Counted from the first letter of the stretch, positions 26,935-37,672 are shown. The stretch: 64,000 nt of DNA from Endomicrobiales bacterium (GCA_963796955.1 CAWCNJ010000005.1:192001-256000); one strand, 5' to 3'. Notes: a model not told the origin generated them from the letters alone. Numbers and translations: made by a program.

Positions 26935-27276
26935 ATGTGGAAAAAAATTTTAGCGGTCGCGGTCTGTGTGGTGTCGGTGACGGGTTCTATCGTTTTTGCG
27001 GAAACCCCGGTCATTAACGCACGGGAAAAGAACCAGATGCACCGCATTAAGCAGGGTGTAAAAAGCGGTAAATTAACAAAGGAGCAGGCCAAACAGCTTC
27101 GCTCTGAGGTCAAAGCCGACAAGCAGGAAAAGCGGGACATGATAAAGGCAAACGGCGGCAAGCCTCTTACGGCCGAGCAACGCCAGAGCCTGAAACAGAA
27201 TTTGAACCAGAGCAGCAAGCAGATCTATCAGGAAAAACACCCCGGCGCACCGGCTCCAACCGGCACCGCTCAGTAA
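26935..27276 (+). CDS. Secreted helical hypothetical protein
   Basis: Signal peptide; INAREKNQ.HRIKQGVKSGKLT motif; followed by a terminator at about 27302-27349. Confidence 0.7.
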   Translation: MWKKILAVAVCVVSVTGSIVFAETPVINAREKNQMHRIKQGVKSGKLTKEQAKQLRSEVKADKQEKRDMIKANGGKPLTAEQRQSLKQNLNQSSKQIYQEKHPGAPAPTGTAQ

Positions 27277-27449
27277 CATCTTAGCTTAGACGATTCACCT
27301 TAATACATCCATTGCGTTCAACGTCCCGAACACAATGGATGTATTTTTATTCGCCATGGTCATCCAGGTCAGTCACGGAGGCATGGAAGGCATTTTTTGC
27401 CGGTATGGGATTTGGTACTATTGCATATCAGCTGTAAAAGGAGGATACC

Positions 27450-27698
27450 ATGGCAAAAGCAATAGATCCGGTATGCGGTATGGAAGTGGATACGGACTCT
27501 GAATTTACCAGCGAATACAACGGGGATACGCTGTATTTCTGCTCTGAGGAAGATAAGGAAGAGTTTGATAAACATCCTGCCAGATATTATGGTAAAGAAG
27601 GTTCGGACGAGAGCGAGGAAAACGAAACAAGCAGTGCAGCCGAAGAAACAGCCAAAGCCTCCGGCGGCAAAAAGCCGGCCAAGGCAGGAAAATGGTAA
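27450..27698 (+). CDS. YHS domain protein
   Basis: DPVCGM..Y.G..YFCS..F..P.RY; AGGAGG RBS. Confidence 0.88.
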   Translation: MAKAIDPVCGMEVDTDSEFTSEYNGDTLYFCSEEDKEEFDKHPARYYGKEGSDESEENETSSAAEETAKASGGKKPAKAGKW

Positions 27699-27786
27699 GA
27701 ACGTAAAATTAAATATGGTTTTGGGGGCGCCCGCCATGCAGCAGTAAGGCGGGCGGCCCCGGGTGGTATCAGCGGCAACTAATAAA

Positions 27787-28371
27787 TTAGATGCCGCTGA
27801 ATTTTATTGCGAACACCAATGCAAGACCGTCCAAATCGTTGTTATGCAGGTTCTTTGTGTCGGCCCCCGAAACCAGGCGGTAATGCAGGCCCAGGTCGAA
27901 TTGAAAATGATCCGTCAGATCGACCAGGGCATTAAAGCCCGGTTCAAAAACGAAGATAGTGCTGTCGTCGCTGCTCGCCCCCGTCGTTGAATTGTGCAGC
28001 GCGGCCCTGCCGACCCCGAAAAGGCTGACTACCGAATAGTGTATCGTGTCCACGCGTTCGAAGAAATATTCTATTTCAAGGCCGCCGTACGTTAATTGAT
28101 GGTACAGCGTATCACCGGTGTCGCTGGTCCCGTTCGATTTGATGGAAGCGCCGCCCAGACCGTACAGGCCGCCCCCCAGGGCGAGTTTGTTGTCCATTAT
28201 CACGCCGCCGCGCAGGCCCGCTATAATGCCGGGATTGTTGCTGAGCGTGGTCGCGTCGACGACGGCCGCGGCATAACCGCTTTTCTCCGGGCTGGAACCC
28301 ACAAGGGATTCCTGCGCCATAACAGGCGTCACCAGCAAAAACGTGAAAATACAAATAAGAACTTTATTCAT
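27787..28371 (-). CDS. Outer-membrane beta-barrel protein
   Basis: Signal peptide; YGGLEIEY, FVFEPG and YRLVSG strands. Confidence 0.7.
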   Translation of the reverse strand: MNKVLICIFTFLLVTPVMAQESLVGSSPEKSGYAAAVVDATTLSNNPGIIAGLRGGVIMDNKLALGGGLYGLGGASIKSNGTSDTGDTLYHQLTYGGLEIEYFFERVDTIHYSVVSLFGVGRAALHNSTTGASSDDSTIFVFEPGFNALVDLTDHFQFDLGLHYRLVSGADTKNLHNNDLDGLALVFAIKFSGI

Positions 28372-28391
28372 ACTGCCTCCAGTTAATTAAG

Positions 28392-29339
28392 TTAAACAGC
28401 CGCGGTCACCCGTCTGGGAAATTGCATTGCCCGGTTCAATAAATATTTGTTGAACCAGCGGGCGGCCTCCCCTGCCGCCTGATCGACGTACACATCCTGG
28501 TCGTAAAGGTCTATGTGGTTCGTGGTGTCTATCCAGAAGAATTCTTTCGCAATAGCAAGCCCCTCGTAAAAGTTACGGGCGTTGTCCGGCACACAGAAGT
28601 TATCGTGCGTGCCGTGTATTATCAGCGTCGGCGCCTGCATCTCTTTGGCGCTGTCCACCGCGTTAAACCTTAACAATCTTTCATATCCCATGACCGCGAA
28701 CCGGTTAACGTAGTTCGGCGAATAACCCCTGGCCGTGCCGTAATACAGGAAAGGTTCTTCCGTGGGCATGGCGGCATTCGTGTCCGCGGGGTCCTTTGTC
28801 ACCGCCTGTATATATTCCACCTCGCCGCTTTTCTGGAACTTTCCTTCCGCCGTTCTGGACCGTGCGATGATCTTGTTATAATCTTCTTCGCCAAGCCAGG
28901 TCAGCATCGCCTTCGGGTCGTGGTAGCAGCCGGCGATGCCGACAAAAGCTTTCACGCTTTTAAGCTGTGTCAGCGCTTTCGCCATATAGCCGCCGCCGGC
29001 GCAAATGCCCACTGCCCCCACTTTCGTGTGGTCAACATCGGTGCGCATCAACAGGTACGAGACGGCGTTTTGAATGTCTTCCACCTTCTTGTCCGGTGCT
29101 TCCAGCTGCCGTGGTTCTCCTTCGCTTTCGCCGTAAAACCGGTGGTCGAACGTTAAGCAGAGATAACCGTGGGCGGCAAGCCTGCGCGCGTAGACCGCCG
29201 TTACCTGGTCTTTCAGCCCGGTCATCGGCCCGTCGAAGACCAGCGCCGGGTACTTTTTCCCTTCCCGGTATGCATCGGGAAAGAACACCAGTCCAACCAG
29301 CTTTTTTCCTTCACTTATGAATGTCACTCTTTCTTCCAT
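28392..29339 (-). CDS. Alpha/beta hydrolase
   Basis: FDHRFYGESEG, GICAGG nucleophile elbow, IIHGTHD and HIDLYD. Confidence 0.88.
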   Translation of the reverse strand: MEERVTFISEGKKLVGLVFFPDAYREGKKYPALVFDGPMTGLKDQVTAVYARRLAAHGYLCLTFDHRFYGESEGEPRQLEAPDKKVEDIQNAVSYLLMRTDVDHTKVGAVGICAGGGYMAKALTQLKSVKAFVGIAGCYHDPKAMLTWLGEEDYNKIIARSRTAEGKFQKSGEVEYIQAVTKDPADTNAAMPTEEPFLYYGTARGYSPNYVNRFAVMGYERLLRFNAVDSAKEMQAPTLIIHGTHDNFCVPDNARNFYEGLAIAKEFFWIDTTNHIDLYDQDVYVDQAAGEAARWFNKYLLNRAMQFPRRVTAAV

Positions 29340-29507
29340 AGCACGGCCCCCGGTAAGAATTAGTTGTAAAACATTATAGCGCTAAAAGCCGCTATGCGCG
29401 GTACGGGTATTCCATAATTCCCTGACTTATTCCCTAGAATAATTTCCCGCAATGAGCTAGAATATACCTGTAGGCGCGTTCAGGAGGATACTATCGATCT
29501 CTCCGTT

Positions 29508-30251
29508 GTGACGAATGAAGAGCTTTTGAAACTGCGGTTCCGCGACCTGGGCCTGCGCATTCAGGGCACCTGGCTTGAAGGGCGGGTAGCCGCGCTCTAT
29601 AGCGAGCTTTCTTCAAAAGGCCTTAATTTTCGCCCGCCCTGTTATCTGGCGGACGAGTGGCTCACCCCGGACAAAGAACCGGTTATCGGCATACCTTTCT
29701 ACCTGGCACACCCCCGTCTGAAAAAACTGGAACAAAAAATGATGCATGACGTGGAAGGCGGCGATCCCGCAGGCTGCATGAAACTGCTGCGCCACGAGGC
29801 CGGCCACGCGATAAACTACGCGTACCGTTTCTATCGGCGCGAAAGCTGGCGCGCCGTTTTCGGGCGTTTCGGCGCGCCGTATCCGGACCGCTACCACTAC
29901 CATCCCGCCAGCAGGAATTTTGTGCTGCACCTGGACGACGGCTACGCCCAGTATCATCCGGACGAAGATTTCGCGGAAACCTTTGCCGTCTGGCTTACCC
30001 CCGGCCTGAACTGGCGCATACGCTATGCGGGCTGGAAGGCGCTGCACAAGCTGGAGTACGTAGACGCTCTGATGCGCCGCATCGCGCACCGCCGGCCCGT
30101 TGTCGCCACAGGTTCCAAACACTGGAATATAGCCCGTCTTACCTCTCAACTGGCCACGCATTACAGAAAACGCCGGGCCTTTTACGCGGTGCCGCTGGCA
30201 GCGCCGTGTTTTGAAAAACACTGCATCAAGAGGCCGCATGAAAAAGCTTAA
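29508..30251 (+). CDS. Putative zinc-binding metallopeptidase (zincin)
   Basis: LLRHEAGH HExxH; YAQYHPDEDFAETFAVWL. Confidence 0.85.
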   Translation: MTNEELLKLRFRDLGLRIQGTWLEGRVAALYSELSSKGLNFRPPCYLADEWLTPDKEPVIGIPFYLAHPRLKKLEQKMMHDVEGGDPAGCMKLLRHEAGHAINYAYRFYRRESWRAVFGRFGAPYPDRYHYHPASRNFVLHLDDGYAQYHPDEDFAETFAVWLTPGLNWRIRYAGWKALHKLEYVDALMRRIAHRRPVVATGSKHWNIARLTSQLATHYRKRRAFYAVPLAAPCFEKHCIKRPHEKA

Positions 30252-31266
30252 GGTTTTGTTATTGCACGACGGCGAAGCGGCCATGCCTGCGGAAAAAGCG
30301 TTCGACGGTTTCAGAAAATCGCCGGAATGGAGCACCGAGATCGCCGTCTACCAGGCGCTGCAGGCACACGGCCATGCTATTTCCAGCACCGGGTTTAACA
30401 ACGACCCCGTTATATTGCTGGATACCATAAAGAAGACCGCCCCGGACGTGATATTCAACCTGGCGGAATCGTGCCTCGGCGAATACTGCCACGATCACAA
30501 CATCCCTTCGCTTTTGGAACTCGCCAGGGTGCCCTACACCGGCTGCGGCCCCATGGGGCTGATGCTCTGCAATAATAAAGCGCTGACAAAAAAAGTGCTT
30601 ACCTATCACAACATCCAGGTGCCGCAGTTTTGCGTTTATCATATAGGCGAAACCGTTAAGTTCCCGGCCGCGAATTTCGCTGCCCCGTATTTTGTTAAAC
30701 CCCTGCAGGAAGAAGCCTCCGCCGGCATATCGCAGCGCTCCTGCGCGAAAACAGGGGAGCATTGCCGCGAGCGCGTGAACTTTGTCCATCAGCATTTGCA
30801 GAAGGATGCAATGGTGGAGCAGTATATCTCCGGGCGCGAACTCTACGTCGGGCTTTTCGGCAACGGGAAGAATATAAAAGTGCTGCCGCCCTGGGAACTG
30901 AAATTCGCGAACGCCGAGGCCGACGAACCGAAGATAGCGACCTACCGCGCCAAGTGGGATGACGCCTACCGGAAAAAATGGGGGATCACCAACGAGTGTG
31001 CCGGCCCCATCGCCGAACCGGTCGCGGCGAAGATCCATGATATCTGCAAAAAAGCCTATCAGGTGCTGAACCTGGACGGCTACGCCCGTTTCGATATGCG
31101 CCTGACGAATGACGGAGAAGTATACATTATAGAAGCGAACGCCAACCCGGAGCTTGCGCGCGGCGAAGATTTCGCTGCTTCCGCAGAAAAAGACGGCATT
31201 CTCTACGAACAACTAATAGAAAAACTTCTGCACCTTGCCCTGCAAAGAACACCCCGCGCCGTCTGA
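30238..31266 (+). CDS. D-Ala-D-Ala ligase-like ATP-grasp enzyme
   Basis: VIFNLAE, VPYTGC, NKALTK, VKP..E.S.GI, EQYISGRE, YARFD and EANANP. Confidence 0.85.
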   Translation: MKKLKVLLLHDGEAAMPAEKAFDGFRKSPEWSTEIAVYQALQAHGHAISSTGFNNDPVILLDTIKKTAPDVIFNLAESCLGEYCHDHNIPSLLELARVPYTGCGPMGLMLCNNKALTKKVLTYHNIQVPQFCVYHIGETVKFPAANFAAPYFVKPLQEEASAGISQRSCAKTGEHCRERVNFVHQHLQKDAMVEQYISGRELYVGLFGNGKNIKVLPPWELKFANAEADEPKIATYRAKWDDAYRKKWGITNECAGPIAEPVAAKIHDICKKAYQVLNLDGYARFDMRLTNDGEVYIIEANANPELARGEDFAASAEKDGILYEQLIEKLLHLALQRTPRAV

Positions 31267-31275
31267 AAAACGGTA

Positions 31276-32139
31276 TCAGCCGTTAATTACCTCGCCACCG
31301 TTAGGGTGCAGCACCTGCCCCGCCATGAAGGACGAATCCCGGGAAGCTAAAAAGACATACGACGGTGCTACTTCTTCCGGCTGGCCCGGCCGGTGCATGG
31401 GCGATCTTTTACCGAACTCGCTTACCTCATCGGCCGCGAAGCTTGAAGGCACCAGCGGCGTCCATACGGGCCCCGGCGCCACGGCATTCACGCGTATACC
31501 CTTCGGCAAAAGGTTGGCGGCAAGCGAGCGGGTAAATGCGACGATCGCCCCTTTGGTGGCGGAATAATCTAACAGCCTCGGACTGCCGCGATAGGCGGTG
31601 ACGGAAGCGGTATTGATAATGGTGCTTCCCTGCTTAAGGAACTTCACCGATTCCCGGACCATATAAAAATAGGAGAAAATATTCGTCTTAAAGGTCCGTT
31701 CCAGCTGCTCGTCGCTGAGGGTGCGAATATCGTCGCTAATGAATTGCACGGCGGCGTTGTTCACGAGAATATCCAGATGGCCGAATTCCGACAACGTTCT
31801 TGCCACCGCCTCTTTGCAAAAGGCCGGGTTTGCCACGTCGCCGGATGTAATGATGCATTTTCTGCCGGTCTCTTCCACCATGCTTTGCGCTTTGGCCGCG
31901 TCGGCATGCTCATTGTAATACACAATAGAGATATCCGCACCTTCCTTGGCAAAGAACAATGCCACCGAACGGCCTATGCCGCTGTCGCCGCCCGTAATAA
32001 TAGCGACCTTGTTTTCCAGTTTCCCGCTGCCCCTGTACCACTCTCCCTTTTCCAGGGGCTGCGGTCTCATGACGTCCTCTTTGCCCGGTACCTCGTTTTG
32101 ATGTTGCGACGGGATCTCGTATTCCAGTGTTTTCGTCAT
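31276..32139 (-). CDS. SDR oxidoreductase (general stress protein YhdF-like)
   Basis: TGGDSGIG, NNAA, YSATK and GPVWTP. Confidence 0.92.
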   Translation of the reverse strand: MTKTLEYEIPSQHQNEVPGKEDVMRPQPLEKGEWYRGSGKLENKVAIITGGDSGIGRSVALFFAKEGADISIVYYNEHADAAKAQSMVEETGRKCIITSGDVANPAFCKEAVARTLSEFGHLDILVNNAAVQFISDDIRTLSDEQLERTFKTNIFSYFYMVRESVKFLKQGSTIINTASVTAYRGSPRLLDYSATKGAIVAFTRSLAANLLPKGIRVNAVAPGPVWTPLVPSSFAADEVSEFGKRSPMHRPGQPEEVAPSYVFLASRDSSFMAGQVLHPNGGEVING

Positions 32140-32313
32140 AATTCCCTCCTTGTGCGGCCGCAACTAATATAATAAATCCCGCGCCCGGGAAACAGGTACT
32201 TTTTCTTCCTATGCATGACGCTTTTTCCCGCCGGAGCGGCAAAGTAAAACCGCGTACTGCAAAAATGGAAAAGTGTCATTGCCGGGTACAGGAAAGTTAT
32301 ATATCGTGACGGT

Positions 32314-33624
32314 ATGTTTAAAAATTTACTGGCATTCATGAACGAAGGCATATGGAGGGTGCGGCTGAGCCGATGCCCGGTGGTATCCTGCCATTTCATA
32401 AAATATCTGCGCATAGTGTTAACGGCTTTCCGTCGATTTGATGCCGACAAATTACAGATGCGGGCCTCGGCTCTCACGTTCTATACCATGCTCTCCGTCG
32501 TGCCGATAGTGGCTATGGCGCTTGCGATATCGCGCGGTTTCGGCCTGGACCAGGTATTGCAGGCACAGCTGCAGAAAGGCGGCACGGCATGGCAGGGAAG
32601 CGCCGTGCAGATGATATTCCATTTCGCGCACTCTATGCTGGCGCAAAGCAGCGGCGGCCTGATAACCGGCCTCGGCATTTTGGTATTGTTCTGGACCGTT
32701 ATTTCCATGCTGGGTAATATTGAGGAGGCCTTCAACGATATCTGGCACCTTCAGCGCGCCAGAACGCTCGCCAGAAAAGTGGCGGATTATCTTTCAGCCG
32801 TACTGGTGGGCTCCGCGCTGATCATAGCCTCGGGCAGTGTTACGGTGCTTATCGCCGGTAAAACCATGAACGCAGCCTGGTCGGCAAAACTTCCGGCCCT
32901 CTTCGACCCGCTTTTCGCGCTGTTCTTTAACGTGCTCTCATACGTTATTATCTGGTTGTTGTTCACGTTTACGTATATCTTCATGCCGAACACCAGGGTA
33001 AGCCTGCCCGCGGCGTTTACGGGCGGCATTGTGGCCGGAACGTTGTTTGAAATGGTGCAGTGGGCCTACATAAAATTCCAGATAGGCGTCGCAAGCTACA
33101 ACGCGATCTACGGAAGTTTCGCGGCACTGCCCTTGTTCCTGGTATGGCTTCAGTTAAGCTGGCTTATAGTACTTTTCGGCGGTGAGATGGCACATGCCAC
33201 GGAGAGCGCCGAGACCTACGGTTTTAAACCTGAAGTGGACCTGAGCGCGACCGAGAAAGACATACTGTCGCTCTGGGTGCTGCATTACATAGCCCTGCGT
33301 TTTTCAAAAGGGGAAAAACCGGCGAACGCCAAAGAGATCTCGGCCACCCTGACGATACCGCTGTATCTTACGCAACGGCTGCTGCAATTCCTGATGCGGA
33401 TACACCTGGTTTCCACAACAGGCACCGAGCACCATTTGTTCCAGCCGGCTGCCAACATCAGCAACCTGCGCCTGCGCGACGTGATAGATGCCCTGGATAC
33501 AGAGCCGCAAGCCGCGACGCCGCCCATTGATGCCCCGGAACTGGCGTCTATCCGTGAAAGCCTGGTGAAGTTGGCCGATTGCGCGCGCAGTTCGCCGGTC
33601 AATACCCGGCTGATAGATATTTAG
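32314..33624 (+). CDS. YihY/BrkB family membrane protein with C-terminal wHTH-like region
   Basis: ASALTFYT.LS.VP, IEEAFNDIW and YNAIYGSFAALP. Confidence 0.9.
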   Translation: MFKNLLAFMNEGIWRVRLSRCPVVSCHFIKYLRIVLTAFRRFDADKLQMRASALTFYTMLSVVPIVAMALAISRGFGLDQVLQAQLQKGGTAWQGSAVQMIFHFAHSMLAQSSGGLITGLGILVLFWTVISMLGNIEEAFNDIWHLQRARTLARKVADYLSAVLVGSALIIASGSVTVLIAGKTMNAAWSAKLPALFDPLFALFFNVLSYVIIWLLFTFTYIFMPNTRVSLPAAFTGGIVAGTLFEMVQWAYIKFQIGVASYNAIYGSFAALPLFLVWLQLSWLIVLFGGEMAHATESAETYGFKPEVDLSATEKDILSLWVLHYIALRFSKGEKPANAKEISATLTIPLYLTQRLLQFLMRIHLVSTTGTEHHLFQPAANISNLRLRDVIDALDTEPQAATPPIDAPELASIRESLVKLADCARSSPVNTRLIDI

Positions 33625-33637
33625 CGGAGGTGAATAT

Positions 33638-34779
33638 ATGCTTACGATAAAACCTGTAACAACATATGAAGAATTCCTGAAACTGGAGCCGGTCTGGAAC
33701 AGGCTGTTGGCCGAAAGCGACAGCGACATGGTCTTTATGACCTTTGAATGGTTCAAGCACTGGTGGCAGATGTTCGGGCAGGGAAGCGAAATGCTGATAC
33801 TGGTCATGAGAGCTCCCGGTGAAGATGTCTGGCGATAGTGCCGCTGATATTTAGAAAGACCACGCTCAGGGGCCTGCCGGCGCGGGTTGTTTCGTTCATG
33901 GCCAATTATCATTCGCCCCGCACAGGGGCTATTATCTGCAATTCAGGTCATAAGGTCATGTACACTGCCCTTAATTACTTGCGTTCCCACGGGTTTCGCT
34001 ACGACGTGCTATGGCTGGACATGCTGGAGAAGGGTTCACTGGCGGACCTGCAGATAAAAGAAGAGCTGGGCGAAAAAACCAAATACCGGGAAATGGAAGG
34101 CGAACGCTCGCCGTATCTGAACATCGAAGGAACATGGGAGGACTATTTAAAAAAATGCAAAAAAGGTTTTCGTAAGAACCTTAAGCACTCTTTGAACTAT
34201 CTTAATGATCCGCACTACGAGCTGTGCCGCTATCAGGGCGGCAGCGCGCAGGCGTTAACGGACGATGTGATAAATATTTCAAAGCGCACCTGGAAATATA
34301 CGCAGGGCACCGGCATGGCCGGCACTCCGGAGCTGATACGTTATTACCGCTCCCTTATCCAAATGCTGGCGGCTAATGGCTGGCTGCGGTTAACCGTTCT
34401 AAAATATAAAGCCATACCGATAGCCTTTTCCTTCACTAGTGTGTATAAAAACCGTATGTACGGCCATCAGATAGGGTACGACCAGTCGTATAAAGACATC
34501 TCACCCGGTCAGATAACTTCCGGCAGCGTTATAAAAAGCGCTTTTGACAACGGCAACACCGAATACGACTTTCTGGGAAAAGATGAAGCCTACAAAATGG
34601 AATTTACCGCCACCTGCCGCAGGCACAGCAAGTACTATTTATTTAACGATACATTGATGGGAAATGTTTTGCATACCCTGGAGAACATAATAATCCCGGG
34701 CGCAAAAACCATTTTTGGATCATATACAAGGGGGAACTATGACAACCAAAACCCAAGAGATGCACGTATTGGTAATTAA
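33638..34779 (+). pseudogene. CelD/BcsL-like GNAT acetyltransferase, split by a 1-nt deletion near 33829
   Basis: WNRLL..FMTFEW..WW, then SPG..YDFL..EAYK. Adding one base at gatgtctggcgatagtg gives EDVLAIVPL. May be a sequencing error. Confidence 0.75.
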
Positions 34780-35251
34780 ACGCGTTTTTGACGCCACCAG
34801 GGACCAATTGTGGCATGTATGGACGGAGCCCGACCTTTTAAAGATGTGGTGGGGTCCAAAAGATTTCAGTGTGCCACACTTGAAAATGGACTTTCGTGCA
34901 GGCGGCAAATATCTATCGTGCATGCGCAGCCCCGAAGGCAAGGAGTACTGGAACACCGGCGTCTACGAGGAGATCGCAAAGCCCGTCCGCCTGGTGATGA
35001 CCGATTCTTTCGCCGACGCGAACGGCACGGTGGTGCCTGCTTCTTACTACGGCATGGAGGGTGATTTCCCGCTTGAACTGCGCGTGACCATTACCTTTGA
35101 AGAACAGGATACCAAAACCAAAATGACGCTGGAACATGCCGGCATGCCCGCGGGCGACGCCAGCGACGGCGCCAGGGTCGGCTGGAACGAATCCTTCGAC
35201 AAACTGGATAAAGTGCTGAAAGGCGTGGTAGCGGAAAGCACGTCCAAATAA
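34739..35251 (+). CDS. SRPBCC/AHSA1 domain protein
   Basis: IKRVFDA..WTEP..WWGP, DFRAGG and GWNESFDKL. Confidence 0.9.
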   Translation: MTTKTQEMHVLVIKRVFDATRDQLWHVWTEPDLLKMWWGPKDFSVPHLKMDFRAGGKYLSCMRSPEGKEYWNTGVYEEIAKPVRLVMTDSFADANGTVVPASYYGMEGDFPLELRVTITFEEQDTKTKMTLEHAGMPAGDASDGARVGWNESFDKLDKVLKGVVAESTSK

Positions 35252-35265
35252 CCACCGATGTCCTT

Positions 35266-36126
35266 TTAAAAGTCATACACACACAGCACGGAAACGTTGT
35301 TGCCGGAAACCATGGGAAAAAACGCGAAATAAGAGGCTTTCCGGTATGCAAGTGCAGGTGTATGTTTTTGCAGGGATTCTATTTCCCTGGCAGTATAGTA
35401 ACCCAAGGCCGCCCCGGGGATAAGGTCCGAGGCCCAGTGCTCGTCCAGAGCCACCATTGAGATCGCGGTAAGAGAAGCTGCCGTATAGGCGATAACGGGT
35501 ATGGCCGGGGTATCTGAGAATTCGGTAGCGATGATCGTAGAGAACGCGAACGCGGTAGACGTATGTCCCGAAGGGAACGCGAGATCTTCGACAGACCTGG
35601 GCCCCGGGTACCAGGTATCATACGACAGACCGGTATTAGGCAGCGGCCGTTGCAAAGTCAGTTTGATAGCGCCGGTAAAGATGGAGTTTACGATCATTGT
35701 CTCGGCGCAAAGCATGCCCGCCCTCTGGTATGTTTCATCATCGTTGAATTCTCCGTACAGGTACAGCAACGCAAGGATCACTATGGGGTACGAGCCATCC
35801 CCAAAATGCGTGAAAAAGCGGGGGACGATATCGGAAGCGGCCGTCCTGTTTTCCTGTGAATAATTCCGTATATGCGTGTCCTGCGTATAAAGTATGCCGG
35901 CCCCAAGAGCAACGATCCCAACTCTGCTCCAATCCGTTCTTGTGAAATAAAACGGCGCGATAGCGGTGGATCTTAAGTAGTTATATGTTATCGGGAATTG
36001 CTGCAGGTTCAAATCGTAATTATCGTTACCATCGGCAAAACTATATGTAGCGCAGCATTGAAGGCTCAAAGTCACGGCTAGTGCTAAAACAACTTGAGCG
36101 ATATTTGTTTTGGAAATAGTGATCAT
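35266..36126 (-). CDS. PAP2 family phosphatase
   Basis: K...QRPLP, FPSGH and HWASD motifs. Confidence 0.85.
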   Translation of the reverse strand: MITISKTNIAQVVLALAVTLSLQCCATYSFADGNDNYDLNLQQFPITYNYLRSTAIAPFYFTRTDWSRVGIVALGAGILYTQDTHIRNYSQENRTAASDIVPRFFTHFGDGSYPIVILALLYLYGEFNDDETYQRAGMLCAETMIVNSIFTGAIKLTLQRPLPNTGLSYDTWYPGPRSVEDLAFPSGHTSTAFAFSTIIATEFSDTPAIPVIAYTAASLTAISMVALDEHWASDLIPGAALGYYTAREIESLQKHTPALAYRKASYFAFFPMVSGNNVSVLCVYDF

Positions 36127-36240
36127 GGTTACCGCTCCTTAGTGGGGTACGTTCATTGTACAAAAGACCCACCTGTTCCGGCTGTATACATTCCGCTTTT
36201 AACTGACGCATTTCCCTGAGAACGAAACACCTACATTTTT

Positions 36241-36347
36241 TCTTGAGAAATACGTTGCAAAGAGTTACAATTATCATATGCGATCAATCGGGGGGCGACC
36301 TTGCGTCATATCGAAACCACACGGCTAAATCAGCCGGGTGGTTTTTG
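36241..36347 (+). promoter_or_regulatory. Promoter + leaderless 16-aa ORF + intrinsic terminator (copy 2)
   Basis: TTGAGA-N17-TACAAT-N6-ATG (36278, MRSIGGRPCVISKPHG*), then ccacacggc..agccgggtggttttt. Confidence 0.6.
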
Positions 36348-36401
36348 TAACGGTTGGGCAAAATGGGGCGGTGGAAGTACGCAAGAACTTTTTGAAACTG
36401 A

Positions 36402-37190
36402 GTGGACCGGGGCAGCGGGTACCACGATCTGGCTGGCGCTACATTATTCATGATACTTTATGGGAACACGGCGTGGTATTCCATCGCGATCTCGTTGTTT
36501 GATAGTTTGTCTACAACGCAACAGATAATTATTTTCGTGCTGCTGCTTTCTACGGCTAAGCCGTTGCGGAACTCGTTAAGTTATCTTGCCGGGCTGATGG
36601 GGGCGTATTGCGCGTGCGGCGTCGCGGGGTATCTGACACTGGACACGCTGCGCCCGTTACTGAGCAAGCTCTTTCCTTCTTCCGCCGGTCTGTCTAACCT
36701 GAGCTATTATCGCTCAGAATTTATCATGGGCGTTATAATGGCGGCTATCGGTGTGTGGTACTTTTACCGGAAACACCCTGCAGAAAAGAGCCGCCTTGAA
36801 AACGGTATTCTGGAAAAGCTGCGAACCATGACAAGCCTGTTCGCTTTTTGCGCGGGGGTGGTGGTATCGGTGACCTCGTTCCCTATGTCGCTGCCGTATC
36901 TGGCCGCCCTTGGCATGTATTCTGTGCTGCACCTGAAGCTGTCTGTGGCGGCAGGATATATACTGCTGTATAATATTGGCTACTCTCTGCCCATGCTGCT
37001 TGTATTGTGTATTTATCTAATAGCCCGGAGCGGTTCCGAAGATGATAGCGCGATGCTGCACGAAAAAGCTAAAAAGCTGAACCTGCACCTTACCTCCTGG
37101 ACGTTCGCGGGCCTTGGTCTATTCTCCATGGCAGACGCAGGCTGCTACTTTACCATAGGCCGTGCGATCATCAAAGGCAGATTGTTTTAG
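36402..37190 (+). CDS. GAP/LysE-like multi-pass membrane protein
   Basis: About six TM segments; DSLS, SLPYLAA and YNIGYSLP. Confidence 0.65.
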   Translation: MDRGSGYHDLAGATLFMILYGNTAWYSIAISLFDSLSTTQQIIIFVLLLSTAKPLRNSLSYLAGLMGAYCACGVAGYLTLDTLRPLLSKLFPSSAGLSNLSYYRSEFIMGVIMAAIGVWYFYRKHPAEKSRLENGILEKLRTMTSLFAFCAGVVVSVTSFPMSLPYLAALGMYSVLHLKLSVAAGYILLYNIGYSLPMLLVLCIYLIARSGSEDDSAMLHEKAKKLNLHLTSWTFAGLGLFSMADAGCYFTIGRAIIKGRLF

Positions 37191-37273
37191 ACGTCAGAAC
37201 AACGAGGCACGATGGTGATCGACAAAAAAGAGATCAAGCGCGAATATAGTAATATGGCTAAAGGAACGTAACA

Positions 37274-37672
37274 TTGAAAAGAAAAAGTAAGATGATCCCC
37301 AAAGATGAGTCCGGCTGCAAGGGGTGCCCGGCGTACTGCTGCCATGACCTTTCCATGGTCATAACGCGGCCCGTGAACGCTACTGAGGTTGACGAATTAC
37401 GCTGGTATTTGCATTACGATACCGTGAATATTTATATTTCCAACCACCGGTGGCATATTCTGGTAAAGGGCAGATGCATCTACCTGAACAAAAAAAATAT
37501 TTGCGATATTTACCACAAACGTTCCCGCAGGTGCAGGGAACATAAAGCGACCAACTGCGAGCGTCACGGCGGTTATCACGATATACTGCTTAAAACGCCG
37601 GAAGACCTGGACAACCATTTGCGTAAAGAAAAAGCCAAACGGGCCAGGCGGGCAAAGAGGGCGATACGGTGA
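37274..37672 (+). CDS. YkgJ family cysteine-cluster protein
   Basis: CKGCPAYCC..CIYL..CDIYHKR..CR. Confidence 0.85.
   Translation: MKRKSKMIPKDESGCKGCPAYCCHDLSMVITRPVNATEVDELRWYLHYDTVNIYISNHRWHILVKGRCIYLNKKNICDIYHKRSRRCREHKATNCERHGGYHDILLKTPEDLDNHLRKEKAKRARRAKRAIR

Noticed and set aside
29613..31212. Long antisense ORFs here and elsewhere (e.g. 47721-48548, 52489-53292, 63329-63868)
   Set aside because: They shadow well-supported genes on the opposite strand in GC-rich DNA and have no recognisable motifs.
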